Positions 1 to 12,769 of a DNA stretch of 60,000 bases are shown in pieces. The notes under the pieces are model-generated. The model had not been told where the DNA came from. It saw only the letters and a list, made by a program, of their open reading frames with translations, and did no database searches. The first letter of the stretch is position 1, and the number at the start of each line of letters is the position of its first letter. Source of the DNA: Lama guanicoe (taxonomy: Eukaryota); assembly GCA_013239625.1 (NCBI GenBank), contig MU053933.1, forward strand, positions 2,009,026-2,069,025, in the 5' to 3' direction. A program made the translations under genes and the position numbers.

Positions 1-699
1 TCGCTGGAGTTGGGGGACACTTCTTGGCTTACTTTGGGGGAGTGAAGGCCAGACGAGGGACCAGAAACAGGCAGTGCCCCTCCAGGCACTCTCCCCGCCC
101 GCCTCCCTGGGGCAGCTCCACTGGCCAAGGGAGGACCGGGCGGGGGTCAGCCAGCAAAATAGTCCCTGCTTCCAGGGAGGGTGGGCCTCCCTCCTCACGC
201 CTGAGCCTGAAGGGAAGCACCTGCTGCGCTTCTGGGAACAGCCCCGCCTCCTCCAAGGGGGAGAAGTGGGCGGGAGAGCGAGGGGCAGGGAGACCCCGCG
301 CGGAAGGGGCGGAGTGACTCTCAAGGCTCCTGAGAAGGTCACATTTTGGAAACCTCCTCCACCTCGTTCCCGCCACCCCCTCCCCACACACAGCGCCAGC
401 GGGACAACGCTGGGATCAGGAGGTGCCGAGAAGAAGTTTCCAGAAACTTCCTGTCGGGAGAACGCACGACTTACTGTCCTGTAAGATGCAGTCAACGTTG
501 GTTCAGCACAAGGGCAAAGGCCAGACACGTGGGGTTTGGGGGAGAAGATGGCCACCTGCCCAAGGGCTCTGGGGGGACGGCGCATGGCAGAGACAGGACA
601 GGAGGGCCAGCGTGGGGAGCAGCGGGGTGGCTGCTCGGGGCGGTGAGGTGGAGGGGGTGATCGTGAGGATGAACAGTCTTGAGAATTCTCGGGAGGCAG

Positions 700-892
700 A
701 GAAGGGTGTGTGCGTGTGTGTGAGGACCCAGGGCAGGCATGTGTGAGGGGCTGGAAGCAGCTCAGTGGCGCAGCCCAGAAGTGCACGGCGGGGCGAGCGT
801 GAGGACACAGGCTTGTGTGAGCGCGTGCTCTGTGTGTGTGTGTGTGATGAGTGTGAGCGGGTGTGGGCATGTGAGTGTGTGAATGTGAGTGT
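700..892. repeat. Imperfect (TG)n low-complexity tract
   Basis: Interrupted gtgtgtg runs. Confidence 0.7.
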
Positions 893-1230
893 GCAGGGAG
901 GCAGGTGCTCTAGTGGCTTGGGAGGGCGTCCCAGGACCGGGGCACCGAGCCATGCGGCCCGTGTCCAGGAGTTCGTCCAGAGGTGAGAACCTCAGAGGCA
1001 GCAGTGCGAAAGCAGGGAGAAGTTCTCCAAGTGGAAAGGGGGCACCCCAACCCAGAGCTTGTCTAGAATTCTTGGGGTGGCCCCATAAGCCCCCAGACAC
1101 AGCCCCCAACCTGGACGCAGAGGCTCTGTCTGGAAAGCCCTCCGTTCCCTCAGACTTCTGACCTCGGTGAACCCGGCGCTGGTCAGCCCCCCACCCAAGC
1201 CTCCCCGGGCCTCGAGTGCCCAGGAAGTAC

Positions 1231-1316
1231 CTCCTCACGGCGGGGATGTTGCTCCACACGTGCACGGCGTTCTGGGTGGTCCTGCCTCGGACGTGCTGGA
1301 TGGTCACGGGGTCCGT
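1231..1316 (-). CDS. DNMT3L: DNMT3L penultimate coding exon ([28 protein letters not shown])
   Basis: cag acceptor at 1317-1319, gtac donor, 86 bp, conserved VWSNIP motif. Confidence 0.95.
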
Positions 1317-4300
1317 CTGAGGGATGAGAATGCTGGCGGTGAACTGGGGGACCCGGACCATTACCTCCACCCCCACGGCGCCCACAGGCCTCGGCCACCA
1401 TGGGCACCATCTCTGAGCCCTGAACACAGGCCCCAGCCTCCCTGGACTGTCTTCTGGTCCACATGGCTGACATCTCACATCTCTGTTTTTGTAGTAAATC
1501 ACCTCATGAGGAAAAAAGCTGAGATAGTATTGTAAGACTTTTAACTGGTAGATATTTCATTCCCAAGGGCACATGGCCCAGGGACTCCCCACTTGCTCCA
1601 GAGCGGAGGTGGGTTCCTGTGAAGACAGAGAAGTCCTGGGTCTTAGAACCAGGGGAGTCTCGTCTCAGGGAGATGAGAGGCTCTGTGGGCAGAGAGCAGG
1701 GTTTCCTAAAGGGCTGGTGCTTCACAGGGACCGTGGGGAGTCCAGTGAGCACCTGGGTCCTGGTCACGTCTCCCCGGAAAGCACCGGCAGCCAGGGGAGG
1801 AAGGGCTAGTGGTGGGAGCTGTGGAAAGGATGAGGGCAGGGAGGAGAAACTGAGGCCACCCAGCTGCCAACACTCAACTTGAGGTGGCCTGGACTCCACC
1901 TCCTTGAACCGTCCCCGAGCGTGACCGCCCTGGACACATCAGCCTCCTCCTGTGTCCTGACGCCTGGCCGGGAGGAGGCTCACACCTGGACGGACCACCA
2001 GCTGCAGAGCAGAAAGAGGCAGGTCCTGTATCGGCACGTCTCGCTGTTTCCCTGCCATCAGCGGGAACGAGTCCACAGCGAGGTGGGAGCAGGTACAGGA
2101 CAGGTGGAACTTCTCTTTTGCCGACTTCTGGTTTGGGGCCCATTCTGATCTGCCAGACGTGCTCACAAAACCATCAGGAGCCAGTATCTGCTGTGCTGCA
2201 AGTGTGCTGATCACTGCTGCCCAGGTTTTGGCTGGACTCGCGATCACTTAGTCACAGATTTTTTGATAAATGGTGCACCTCACAAAGCTGGTCCTGACTG
2301 CTGGTATGTGGCGACGTGTCAGTATTAAAACTGCCAGGCTTCATAAAAAGGAGAAATAACCACAGACACGCGGATCAAAGTACGAGAATCATGAGGACTC
2401 TTTGCCCAACTCTATAGAAATGATTTGTTAACTTTAATTTAATGGCTTATATTCTGGGAAAGCATAACTTACCAAACTGACCTCAGAAAAGACTGAAAAC
2501 CTTAATAGATTAGTTTCCACAGAGGAGTTACTCCCACGTGAGAACAGCGGCAGCCACAGCCAGCTCAGACGACGTCCCGGGAGAGTCCTGCCAAAGGCTC
2601 GGGCACGCGTGGGAAGCACGCTGGCACCGACACCCAAGCTCAGTAGCGGAGGCACAAAACACTTCAACTAAAAAAACACGGCACGAAACAAAACAAGAAA
2701 CCTCACATACCCACCTCTGTCCTGTTATCAGAGCAAAAACCCCACGTGAACTGCTGTTCACCGGGAGTCAGCAGTACGGCAACACAACCGTGTGCCGTGA
2801 CTAAGGGTGTTTTCCAGGAAGCAGGGACAGTTGTGCCTAGGGAATCTGCTAGGAGGTCACAGTCACAGAGCCAGAGAAGAAGTCTCGTTACCTCCACAGA
2901 CATAAAAAAGAACACTTGACAGAATCCAGCAATTACTCTCGACAGAATAACTCAAAAAGCGGAAGTCCAGGAGAACTTCTGGAAATTTCCTTAACACAGT
3001 GGACTGTATCAACTTCGACCTGAGAGCCAGCATCAGCTTAGTAGAGGAAACACTGGAAACATTTCCACGAATGTCAGGAACAAGACAGGCATGTCCCGTC
3101 ACTCCTGTGATTCAACCTTGTCCCAGAGGCACCAGCAATGTGTGACAAGAAACAGACATTCGAGGTGCAAAACATAGAAGGAGAAACAGTCACTGTTGGC
3201 AGACGATCTGCTCCCCTCCCTAGACAGGCTACTGGACCATCTGCAGGTCCTGCCGGCTACGAAGTAGCCCAGGAAGGCGGCCGAGTCGGGCTAGTGTGGG
3301 TGGAGCAATAGTTTCTTACGCACAAATCAAAACCAGTTGACACAGAGGGGAAACCCCCACTGCAGAGGAGGGAGGAGGAACCCTGCGGCGTCTGGGAGAA
3401 GGCCAGGGAACGCAGAGAGGGGGCCGCCTGTGGGCGGGCAAGGGAAACGCAGTGCAGCGCCTGGAGGGGCCGCAGGGAACACCCTCCCGGGCAGCGCGCT
3501 GCACCCCTGGGGACCACGCCTGGGTCCTGCACCTGCACTCCAGGCTCCATCCCGCAGGTGTCCCCCCACGCGCCCCTGCCCTGGGTATCCTTTGTAAGAG
3601 CAACAGGTTAGAAGCATCCCCCTTATCCGTTAGTGGGAGCAGGTTCAATGCATTTTCCACACAAAGTAAAACCGCACAAAGCAAGACGGATGCAATAAAA
3701 CAAAGAACAGGGAAGAGCCGTTCGTAACGGGAGGATTTCCCAGGGAAATGTTAATTGCAAAAAGCCAGCCGCAAGGCAGCGGCGCGGGCAGCCCTGGGCG
3801 CCTGTGAGGACGTCCTGGAGGAAGCCAAGGACCTGAGGGCAGAGGTGGAGGGGGTGGCGGAGGTGGGGGCGGTGGGCTTTGGCTACCAGTTTATGAACCC
3901 TTGAACGTGGGGAGCCGTCCCAAGAGGAGGGGACACTGGACCTGGGCTGGGGCTGCCCTTTGTCGGGAGGGGGTAGCGGGCAGGGACGGGCCTGGTCATC
4001 CCTGGACAGGCTGGTCACTGAGCTCACACGTGAATGCTCTGATGGTCAGGACTCAGACCGGAGGAAACAGCAAGGCTGTCGGTGGCCCAGGAGGGGTGTG
4101 AGTGCGTGTGTGTGGTGTGTGCAAGTGCCCTGTGCACTGTGCGCTGTGGGGTGTGAGCGTGACTGACGTGTGTGCACACGGGTGTGAGTGTGTGACGGCG
4201 CGCAGTGTGTGCTGAGGTGTGAAAGTGCACAGGGCGTGTGCACAGATGGCGTGAGGGGAGGGGGAAGGACACGAGCCCCGGGGGCAGCGTCCTGAACCCA

Positions 4301-7300
4301 GCGCAGCCGGGAGGCACCCTTGGGAGTGGGGGTGGGGGCTCAGTGGTGCGGTGGCCCTCGTGCTCCCCACAAACTCTGAAAACTCAGGCCTCGGGGGCAG
4401 GGATCTAAGGGGTGCCACCCCCACCAAGGGGCTGCTGGCACCCCGGGCCCTGGCCCGCACACACCTCCAGGAAGCGAGTGGCCACGGCCCGGTCCTCCTC
4501 GGTCAGCACCAGATTGTCCACGAACATCCAGAAGAAGGGCTGCTGGCTGCCCCGCCGGGGCCTCGCGTACTGCAGGACTCGGTGGAACTGGAACAGGTAC
4601 CACCCTGGGGGGGTGTGCGGGTACGTCTGGGCTCTGCCCGGGGGGCGGGGGTGAGGGGCCCTGGCGGGGCAGGGTGACTGCGGTGCGGCCAGCCTGGGCC
4701 CCGGGCGTCCACCTGCTCCCCAGGACAGCCCCGCCCCCACAGAGGGCTCAAGGGCTCAGGGCTCCCTGTCAGCTGGGGCTGCAGACCTAGCCTCACCCAG
4801 TGGGCCCGGTACTGAGACAAGGCAGGTGACAGAGAAGCCGGGCAAGCACCTCACAGGGATACCCAGCTCAGCGGAAGGAGGGCGGGAGGGGTGCCAGGCC
4901 GCCCTGGGGTGACAGACATAGTCACCGTCTCGGGTAGAATGATGGCTTCACAGGGTGCACACTTCAAAACCACCAAACTGTACTCACTGGAGACAGACAA
5001 CTTCTGTGGGTCTGTGACACCTCAGTGCAGACGACTTGCCACTTCTGCCCTCCCTGAGGAGGTCTGGGGCCATGGGAGGGGGTCGGGGACAAGAGGCCCC
5101 GAAGTTGGAGCGGACTTAGGTCTCTTACCAGGGGGGTGGTCGCAGGTGTGGCCAAGTGGGGGTGTAGAGCCATAGGTGAGGTCGAAGGGGCCCCATTCCT
5201 CCACCTGCAGGAAAGCACGGCGGCTCAGGAGTGGGAGGGGTCCCCCAGGGCCCCACACCTTGCTCGTCTAACCATGCGACTTAGGCTGACCCTCAGCCCA
5301 AAGGCCCCTGAGGGTTGGGGGTAATGAGACCCTCCGGGCCAGACCTGCCCGTGTGGTTCAGGGGACACACAGAGCCGGCTTTCCCATCTGGGAGAGGCCA
5401 GCCCTCCACAGAGCCCTGGGAACCTGACCACTGACGATTCCTTCGCACCAGGTGTGGCCCTTACAGACCCCCGTGGAAACGCGACACACGGGCCCCCAGG
5501 GATTCATGGGGATTTTGTGTGCTGCTGGAAAATACTTTACAGGCCCCCGACAGGTCAGCGCTGCCCAGCAGCGGCACCCTTGAGAGGCGGGAAGACCACC
5601 AAGGTGGCCCAGGCGACCCAGGGGCTTGCTCATGACGACTCTAGCCACTGTCGTTCTTAAAAATCTAGTCAGAGACCCAAATCCTGGACCCCTGGTTTTC
5701 TGACAGCACCCCCTCCAGAGCAGACCTGGCTTCCTTTGACGCCCCACCTCCCACCACGGCAGTTGGCGGAAGCCTGCACTCAATGTCCACCCCAGCCTTG
5801 TTCCCCACGTGGCAGTGGGTTGTGACCCCGCCCAGGTGCGCTCCTGGTGGCACCTGGACACCGGGCTCTGTCACGGCTGGCTGACGGAGCAGGCCCGGGG
5901 GTGTCTGGGTGGGGAGGGGCGCGGGGACTAGAGGAGGTGGGTGTGGGCGTGGGCTGGCGAGGCCCGCACCCCAACACTGTACGCCGCAGGCTGCCGTGCT
6001 CCCTTAACCACCCCACGTTCCCTCAGAGGGAACACCCAGTTCTCTGATAGGATCTTGCAGTTCTGCAGCTCGGGGAGGCCTCCTGTCACCCTCATGTCAC
6101 GTCTTAACCATCCTGCCCTGCGAGGGAGGACCCTGCCCTGGGTGGGGGCTGGCGGCGTGCGGGTGGGGGCAGGCTCCCGAAATGCTTCGTGGTGGGACGT
6201 CTGAAGGCGTCGGGGAGGGCACAAAGAGGACTGTCCTGGCTCAGGGCAGGGTGGACCAGGGGCGATGGGGGCCGGGGATGCTGCAGGAGGCTTCTCCAGG
6301 CTCCGGGCCAGGAGGGGAGCAGAGCCGTGAGGCCTCGGCCAGCATCCAGGGCAGAGCCCACCCCCACGTTGGCCGTTTCCTTGCTGCCGCCTCTCGATGG
6401 CCAGCGCTCCAGCCCCTCAGCCCCTCTGCACATGGTTGCTGGGCTCTGGGGACAGTGGGCTTTAATCCTGGGGTGAGAGGCTGTGCCCACGTGGGGGCGA
6501 GAGCCCAGGGTCCTCCTGCCCCGAGGCCACGGGAGGAGGCTCCGGCCTTTCCCATCTGCGGAGACGGCTCGAGGCCGAGCTGGGCTCTGGCGAGTCGTTT
6601 TCAGGCACTTTCTCCGAGGCCGCCGTCCAGGACAGCAGGAACTAGCCTCCCAGGGGCCCTGACCACTTCGCAGCAGCACCCAGAGGACGTGCGCGGACAA
6701 TCCGCAGCTGTGGCTTCCCAGACTCAGCGTCTTATTTCAGAAGGAGGTCTTGGGGCTGCCCCGTCATCACAGGGGGTGGGACTGGCCCCTTGGACTTCAA
6801 CAAGCCAGACAGGAGGTTTGGCCAATCGCTCTGCTGTGGGCTGTGGGAGCGTGGGGGCCACAAAGATGTCCTCTCATCTCGCCCACCGTGGGGGCCAGTC
6901 CCTGCGAGACCCCCCCACGCCGGACCTGCTGGGGACCCTCCCACCTCCCCGTCCCCTATCCCCACAGCACCCCTGGGACCGCTGGCACGTCGCTCTCCCC
7001 TTGGTGCCTGGAGGAACACAGCAGTACTTACGTCCCTCCTCACCACGTCGGTGACATCATCCAGATGTCTCAGCCTTCCCGGCTCAGAGCCGTTTTCCAA
7101 AAAGCCCAAACTCGTCAGCTCTGGGTGGGGAGCAGAGGGGGCACAGGAGGGCTAGTGCTGGTTTTGACCCCTCGCAGAATCAGAAGGCCAGCACTCGCTC
7201 GGAAAACGCCCCCCTCGTTGACGAGCAAACTTCGTCTCTTCAACGACCCGGCAGGGGTAAGCAGCCGCCTCCACCGGGACTAACTTCAGAAAGTCGAGCC

Positions 7301-10300
7301 ATTTGTTGCAGAACCAGGGTTCCCTGGCTGCGGTGCCCCTCTCTGGGTTAGGAAACTCCTGGTGGTGGCAATCCACACGACGTCACCCAGCCAGGCTGCG
7401 TGGCACCACTGGGCTGCAGGGGCGTCCGTGGCCCCGGCACGGGAAGGAGCCTACGAACTGAACTAGGGATGCGCCATCCAGGCAGGGACTCGAAGGCTGG
7501 GTGGCCATGGGCCGTGATCCCTGGGTCTCTTCGGGCACACGATGAGTCTGCTCTGTGCGTCCCAGCCCCAGGTCCCTCACACGGGTGCGCGTGAGGCGCT
7601 GGACCACATGACACCAGGCACGCCGCACAGCCCTGGAAGTGGGTAGATCCCCACCCCCCATTCCGTCTGGCCAGAGATTAAGGAGTATTTTCACGGATTC
7701 TTGTGTCTGCTGGGCCGAGAAGAATCTGTAAGATTTCCAAAGGCACCAGCAGGTGGGGGTCTGCTTGGGGCCGGAGGGGCAGGACAGCCAGGCAGGGCTG
7801 GAACGCAGCATGTGACCAGCCAGGGCAATCCGGGAGACTAGGGGAGAGGCAGGGTGTGGGGAGCCCTGCAAGGTGGCCAGGCGTGTGGAGGTGTCTGGGG
7901 CTGGGTGGCCGTGGGCAGGGCGGGGCCCAGGTGCTGTCCTGGGCAGAGCCCTGGGCCCCACGGGCCTCATCAGGCCCCCACGCCGCCACCCTGCCACCTG
8001 CACCTTCTCTCCACGGCTCCGCTGCTGAAGGGATGAGCGCCAAGTGCTGCAGCAACACCCCCCCAACCTAACACCTCTTGAAAATGACCCTCAGGCATCT
8101 TCGTGCTCAGCGCCTGGCTCTAGACCTGCAGCGAGCGCAACACTGGGGATGTGCCCCCTCCCCAGACACGCACACCGGGTCCCCTGGGGTCTCGCTCCAG
8201 GCTGACCCATCTTCCAGGGTGAGTCCTCGGACGTCACCGCACTCACCTTTCTTGATGTCCCCAAAAAGGGACAGCACCCGGACTGGCTCTCTCTTCCACA
8301 CAGGCACAGTTTTGTACATCTCAAGGGGACTCTCCTATTTAAAAAAAAGAAAAAAAGAAAGGATGTTCTGATGACTACGTGGTCATAGAGCCCATGAGGG
8401 ACAAGAAGAATTCTCTCTGGCCCAGCAGAAGCATCTGCCCTGATGAACAGAGGCACACCTGCGGGGCGGCTGCCCCCAGCCGCGCCCCCTCCAGGGAAGA
8501 CTCTGCCCGCCCCAGGCCATCTCTAGCAAAGGAACCGCAGGTTCGCAGGTTCGCAGGTTCGAGGGGATGTTCCCGATTGCGGAGGAGCCGCTTCCCTTGT
8601 GTTTCTAAACACGCTCAGCAGTGGGATTCACCCGTCCCTCTCCGTCCCCTCTGTGGGCTCTGAACAGGGCCCACGTCACCCAGCACTCCCAAAGGAAGGC
8701 CACCAGCGTCAGGCCGTTCCCAGGCCAGGACTGAGCCAGCGCCTGAGTCCGGCCACGGAGGAGCCAGGCTGAGGACCATGGAGCCGAGAAGGCCTGGGGT
8801 AACCCAGCCTCTCTGCAGGACACCCAGACCGCAGAGACCTGGGGGTCCGTCTGCGAAACAAGCACCCCCAGAGCCCCCGCCCCCCAGGAGGCTGCCCTTG
8901 GGGGGTGCCTGGCCTCTGGGGAGCCCGGCGTCGAGCTGCGGATGGGAGACAAGGCCTGAACCTGTCTGCCTGCACCGGGGGCGCGCAGGACGCCCTGAGC
9001 CACTGGGGAAGGGTCTACCCAGGGCTGGAGCAGACGGACGGTGCCCAGCCAGGTAAGGGGGAGGAGCCAGTGAGCCCGGGGCGGCGGGCAGGTGGTCTGG
9101 GGCTGCCCAGAGGTGTGAGGAGGTGAGGAGGGCAGGAAGGGCCTGGCACAGGTGCGGCCCTGAAGGACACTGGGGACATAGTCCTGGTTCCCATGGCAGC
9201 TGCAGGCGCAGCGTCTCCTCCCCCTGGCGGCCTGGCACTGAGCTGTCGTAACAGCAGGTCTGAATGTCAGCTCCCTTTGCTTTCAGCAGCGAGCTCCCCT
9301 TGCAGTTTGCCAGCGCGGAGGGTGGGGGGTGGGGAAGGTTTCTGCCACTAAATGGACCTGAAGACACTCCACTGGGAGCAAGGCGCCTTGATTCTGACAA
9401 GCACCGTAGAGGCACCTGCTCCCATCCGGTGTCAGGGAGTGTGGGACGGTGGGCCCACCATGTGCCCCTGTGGGTGGGTGGCCAGCAACGCCGTGCGGTG
9501 ACTCTCCAGAACCAGCCTGGCCGCCAAGCACATAGAAGAGAGCCCCAGGCCAGCACTGGCTCCATGCTGCCCGGGTCAGTCCACACCCCTGCCCATCACC
9601 TGGCCACCCTCCCTCTGCGTCTGTCTCCCAGGTCCCCCTCCTTAGGTGACACCAGTCGTTGCACTTCCTGTCCCCTTGATCCAGGATGACCTCCCTCAAG
9701 ACCCTATTTGCAAACTGGGTCCAGTTCACAGGTACCAGGGGTTAGGACTTAGATGTATCTTTTGGGGAGGACTCAGCTCAACCCGCTTTGATGAGGCCAC
9801 AGCTCCTGCCCAGCTCCCGGCTCCTGGCCTTGATCCTGGAGCGGTCCCACATCCATGATGCTGTCCGGGCTGAACCAGGCTGACCCTGCACAGGGTTTGC
9901 TCCCAATTGCCGAACTCCAAGGCCCACCTCTGCTGAGCCCCTCCCCTACCGCCTACAAATGCCTCCTTCCAGGCTGGGAAGAAACACCATTGCCATGCTA
10001 CAGTAATTTTTAGCAGATAGACCACCTAGCGGAAACTGCTCTCAAAGAGGAAGACAGAGAAGTGCGTCGGCTTAAAAGCCTTTAACTTCACCACGTGTCC
10101 AGATGGGCGTTTTGCAGCCAGTTACCAGGGAAACTAACAGCGCCAGGGCCCGTGCCTGCGCCCTGCCCTCGGGGCCCAGCCATCCCGCTCCTCACCGCCT
10201 CGCGGTCGTAGAAGGCCTTCAGCCACCCGCGCCACTTCCTCCTCCTCTGCAGCAGCCCGCTGCGGGGGAAGGGCAGGCACAGGAAGCACACCCAGTTACT

Positions 10301-12462
10301 CATGGCGTGAACTCTCCCCGACGTCCCCGGGCCGACCAGCGTGTCCACGCACTCGAAACAGTAGCATCTAGAGCCGGACAGAAAACCACAGCGACAGGAA
10401 TGGCGCTGCCGCCACGGCCTGGCGACAGCCTGGAGCATCCTCAGGCAGAAGTGAGCCCGCTCCTCGCCCTGAGCGAGCGGTGGAGGCCACACTCAGGCTC
10501 AGGGAGGAGACAGAGGTGGCGTGCGGGGAGGCGAGTCTGTGGCCAGGGAAGGGGACCTGCTGCTCTTAGGGACCTGGGGAGTCAGGAACCCAGCCATCTG
10601 CAGAAGACAGCGGGGAACCCGGGGCAACAGCAGATTTCAGAGACGCCCCCAAGCCAGCTATCCTCCTCCTCCAAACTCCGGAGCCTGTGGAACCAGGTCA
10701 GGTCTCCCAGTAAACCCAAATCCCTAAGGTAGGGGGTAGATTTGGGGTGGAGGAGGGTGGCCCGGAAGGACTGAGGGGAGGGGACCACAGGTGGAGCTTG
10801 GGCTGGTGTGCAACGGCAAATGAACATGCCCTGCCTGACCCCGGCTGCAAGGGGCGCCTGTGATCCAGGGGGCAGCTATGTCTCAGTGATAAAAACAGAA
10901 AGAAAAATCACAAACACAGCTTTTGACACCTCCCTCCCATAGGTCAAGGCTCTACACCAAATGAAGTATTTGAGACGGAAACTGAAAGCTTTGGAGAAAC
11001 TCATCCTTTTAGGGGGAAATCCCCCTGCGCTCCTGGGTGCGGAGCCCGGAAGGACGGGAGTTTCCTAGGCTTGTGGGCAGCGGTCCCTCACCCCCCACCC
11101 GGCCCCCGGGCACCGCGGCCTCACCGGGTGCAGTCGGGGTTTTCGCAGATGAGCAACGTCTCTCCCGCGCAGCAGATGGAGCAGTAGGACTGGTACCCGT
11201 CGTCATCGTACAGGAAGAGGCACTCCAGGAACTTGTCCTTGGCGAGGGCAAACCAGGCTGCCTCCTCTGCTCCGAGGCCTCCACGAAGCCACGCCGACCT
11301 CCCCGCTTACCTTGCATGGAGCACACATCCCTCCCTCAAACAGAGGGTGCTGCGTGTGCACCTGGAAGCTTCCACAGCAGATGCACATGTCTAAGGTGGA
11401 AAAGCACAGGGCACCGTGTCATGATACCGTCAGACAGAGACACAGACACAGTAACAAGTTTAACAACAGAAGTGCAAGACCCGTGCAGCGAAAACCATAA
11501 GCCGCTGTTGAAAGAAATGAAAGATCAAACAGACGTGACGCTCATGGATCAGAAGACGAGGTATCGTTGGAGCGGCAAGCCTCCCCAGAGCAGTCGGCAG
11601 ATCCCTCTCAGAATCCCAGCGGCTTTGGTTTTGTTTGTTCTGTTTTTTTTTTCAGAAGTTGACAAGCTAATCCTAAAATTCATATGAAAATGCGGAGGAT
11701 CTCACATAGGCAAATCCACAGAGAAAGAAAGCAGATTCGTGGTTGCCTGAGGCTGAAAGAGGGGAGGTGGAGGGGTGAGGAATGGGAGTGACTGTTAATG
11801 GGGAGCAGTTTCTTTCTGAGGGTGATGAAAATGTCATTAAACTGGATTGTGGTGTTGGCTGCACGTTATCTGTGAATACGTTAAAAGACACTGACGTGAA
11901 CACTTTAAATGGAGCATTGGGGGCCGCCGAGGCGGGGGAGGGCGTGAGCTGGGCGCGCGCTTCCTCCTCCCAGGGATGGACACCTGGGCAAGGCTGACGC
12001 CCCTTTGCCTGGGCCACCGTGCGGCCTCTCACCTTCTATGTCTCGCTGGTTCACCTGGACTTCATAGGCGACAAGATCTGAAAAAGAAAAACAGCAGCCC
12101 TCCTCTGCCTGTCTCCTCATTTAAATGGGTAGAGAGGCGAGTTGATCTGCTGGCGTCACAGGAGCCAGAGGACCACCGCCACCCTCTCCTGCACCTCGAA
12201 TATCCGCGCTTTGGGGGTGGGGTGGGGACCCTTTGGGTCAGGCCTTCCTGCTCCTGGATGACGTGTGAACACTGCAGAAGCACGGAACGCCAGACGCTGC
12301 CCGGGCCTGGGCTCAGCAGCCTAAGTGGTAGGCCCAGTTCCTGAAGGAGCCCTGACCTCTGCGTGACCTGGGTGACGGAGGGGATGACAGCTCGCTGGAG
12401 CCCACCAGGATGACGTCCATGCTGTGCTCTGCCTCCAGGTCCACAACTAGGGCAGCGGCCAT
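1231..12462 (-). CDS. DNMT3L: DNA methyltransferase 3-like, multi-exon, 3'-partial (last exon lies left of the window)
   Basis: Ten phase-consistent exons: 12462-12357, 12077-12033, 11390-11311, 11237-11125, 10367-10196, 8334-8247, 7120-7032, 5204-5129, 4604-4465, 1316-1231, joined by GT-AG introns. The spliced protein has the ADD zinc finger ([26 protein letters not shown]...[14 protein letters not shown]...CYCFECVD) and a degenerate methyltransferase-like domain ([30 protein letters not shown]). Confidence 0.97.
2320..3215 (+). mobile_element. Old degenerate LINE-1 ORF2 fragment
   Basis: A-rich sequence with L1-like motifs (cataacttaccaaactgac...aaaaccttaatag; tcaggaacaagacaggcatgtcc). Confidence 0.7.
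4095..4250. repeat. Imperfect (TG)n tract
   Basis: gtgtg-rich run. Confidence 0.65.
4465..4604 (-). CDS. DNMT3L: DNMT3L exon ([15 protein letters not shown]...ATRFLE)
   Basis: 140 bp, AG/GT bounded, phase 1 in and phase 0 out. Confidence 0.96.
5129..5204 (-). CDS. DNMT3L: DNMT3L exon ([25 protein letters not shown])
   Basis: 76 bp, cag acceptor and gtaag donor. Confidence 0.96.
7032..7120 (-). CDS. DNMT3L: DNMT3L exon ([29 protein letters not shown])
   Basis: 89 bp, cag acceptor and gtaagt donor. Confidence 0.96.
8247..8334 (-). CDS. DNMT3L: DNMT3L exon ([29 protein letters not shown])
   Basis: 88 bp, T-rich tract with tag acceptor, gtgagt donor. Confidence 0.96.
9640..9790. mobile_element. 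MaLR (MLT1-like) LTR fragment
   Basis: aagaccctatttgcaaac...ttcacaggtaccaggggttaggacttagatgtatcttttgggg resembles an MLT1 end. Confidence 0.6.
10196..10367 (-). CDS. DNMT3L: DNMT3L exon, end of ADD domain ([14 protein letters not shown]...KAFYDREA)
   Basis: 172 bp, tag acceptor and gtgag donor. Confidence 0.97.
11125..11237 (-). CDS. DNMT3L: DNMT3L exon, ADD domain ([37 protein letters not shown])
   Basis: 113 bp, aag acceptor after a 73-bp intron, gtgag donor. Confidence 0.96.
11311..11390 (-). CDS. DNMT3L: DNMT3L exon, ADD domain ([26 protein letters not shown])
   Basis: 80 bp, tag acceptor and gtaag donor. Confidence 0.97.
11450..11910 (+). mobile_element. Old LINE-1 fragments (ORF2 piece plus 3' end) in a DNMT3L intron
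   Basis: gacaagctaatcctaaaattcatatg; ggcaaatccacagagaaagaaagcagattcgtggttgcc...ggtgatgaaaatgt. Confidence 0.75.
12033..12077 (-). CDS. DNMT3L: DNMT3L exon ([15 protein letters not shown])
   Basis: 45 bp, strong pyrimidine tract with cag acceptor, gtgag donor. Confidence 0.95.
12357..12462 (-). CDS. DNMT3L: DNMT3L exon carrying the human-orthologous ATG ([35 protein letters not shown]); 5' boundary uncertain
   Basis: Matches the human N-terminal [14 protein letters not shown]; gtcagg donor at 12356. No AG lies just upstream of the ATG; the first AG after the pyrimidine tract would start the exon at 12446. Confidence 0.85.
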
Positions 12463-12769
12463 GGGTCACAAACCAGGAGACAGGACACGCACGAGAGAGG
12501 GAGAAAATGGCCCGTCAGCCTGTCTTGGAGCCTCCGGTCCCCAGCGTGGGGACTGAGTAGACCGCCCAGCTTAACCCCTACCCGCCTCCCACGGTGACAC
12601 CTCCCTGTCCCAATCTGGGTGGTGAGCGCCCACCTGGAGAGGGGGCTGGGTGGATGCCCCCACCCAGGCCCCCGCCACAGTGTCAGTCAGGTGGGCCGCT
12701 TCTCCCCACAAGCGGGAGAACAGAGGGCGTTACAGGGCCCGAGGTACGCCACCCCCCTTGTACCTCCAC

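Noticed and set aside
1..1230. Search for the final DNMT3L exon
   Set aside because: No match to the expected C-terminal peptide on the minus strand. The exon most likely lies left of the window, so this is not evidence of gene loss.
6182..7054. 290-aa plus-strand ORF antisense to DNMT3L
   Set aside because: Low-complexity P/G/A/R composition expected from GC-rich DNA; no recognisable domain.
8537..8561. (gcaggttc)x3 short direct repeat
   Set aside because: Simple micro-duplication with no spacers; not CRISPR-like.
8615..9586. 323-aa minus-strand ORF in a DNMT3L intron
   Set aside because: No recognisable motif or exon-like boundaries; consistent with stop-codon scarcity at high GC.
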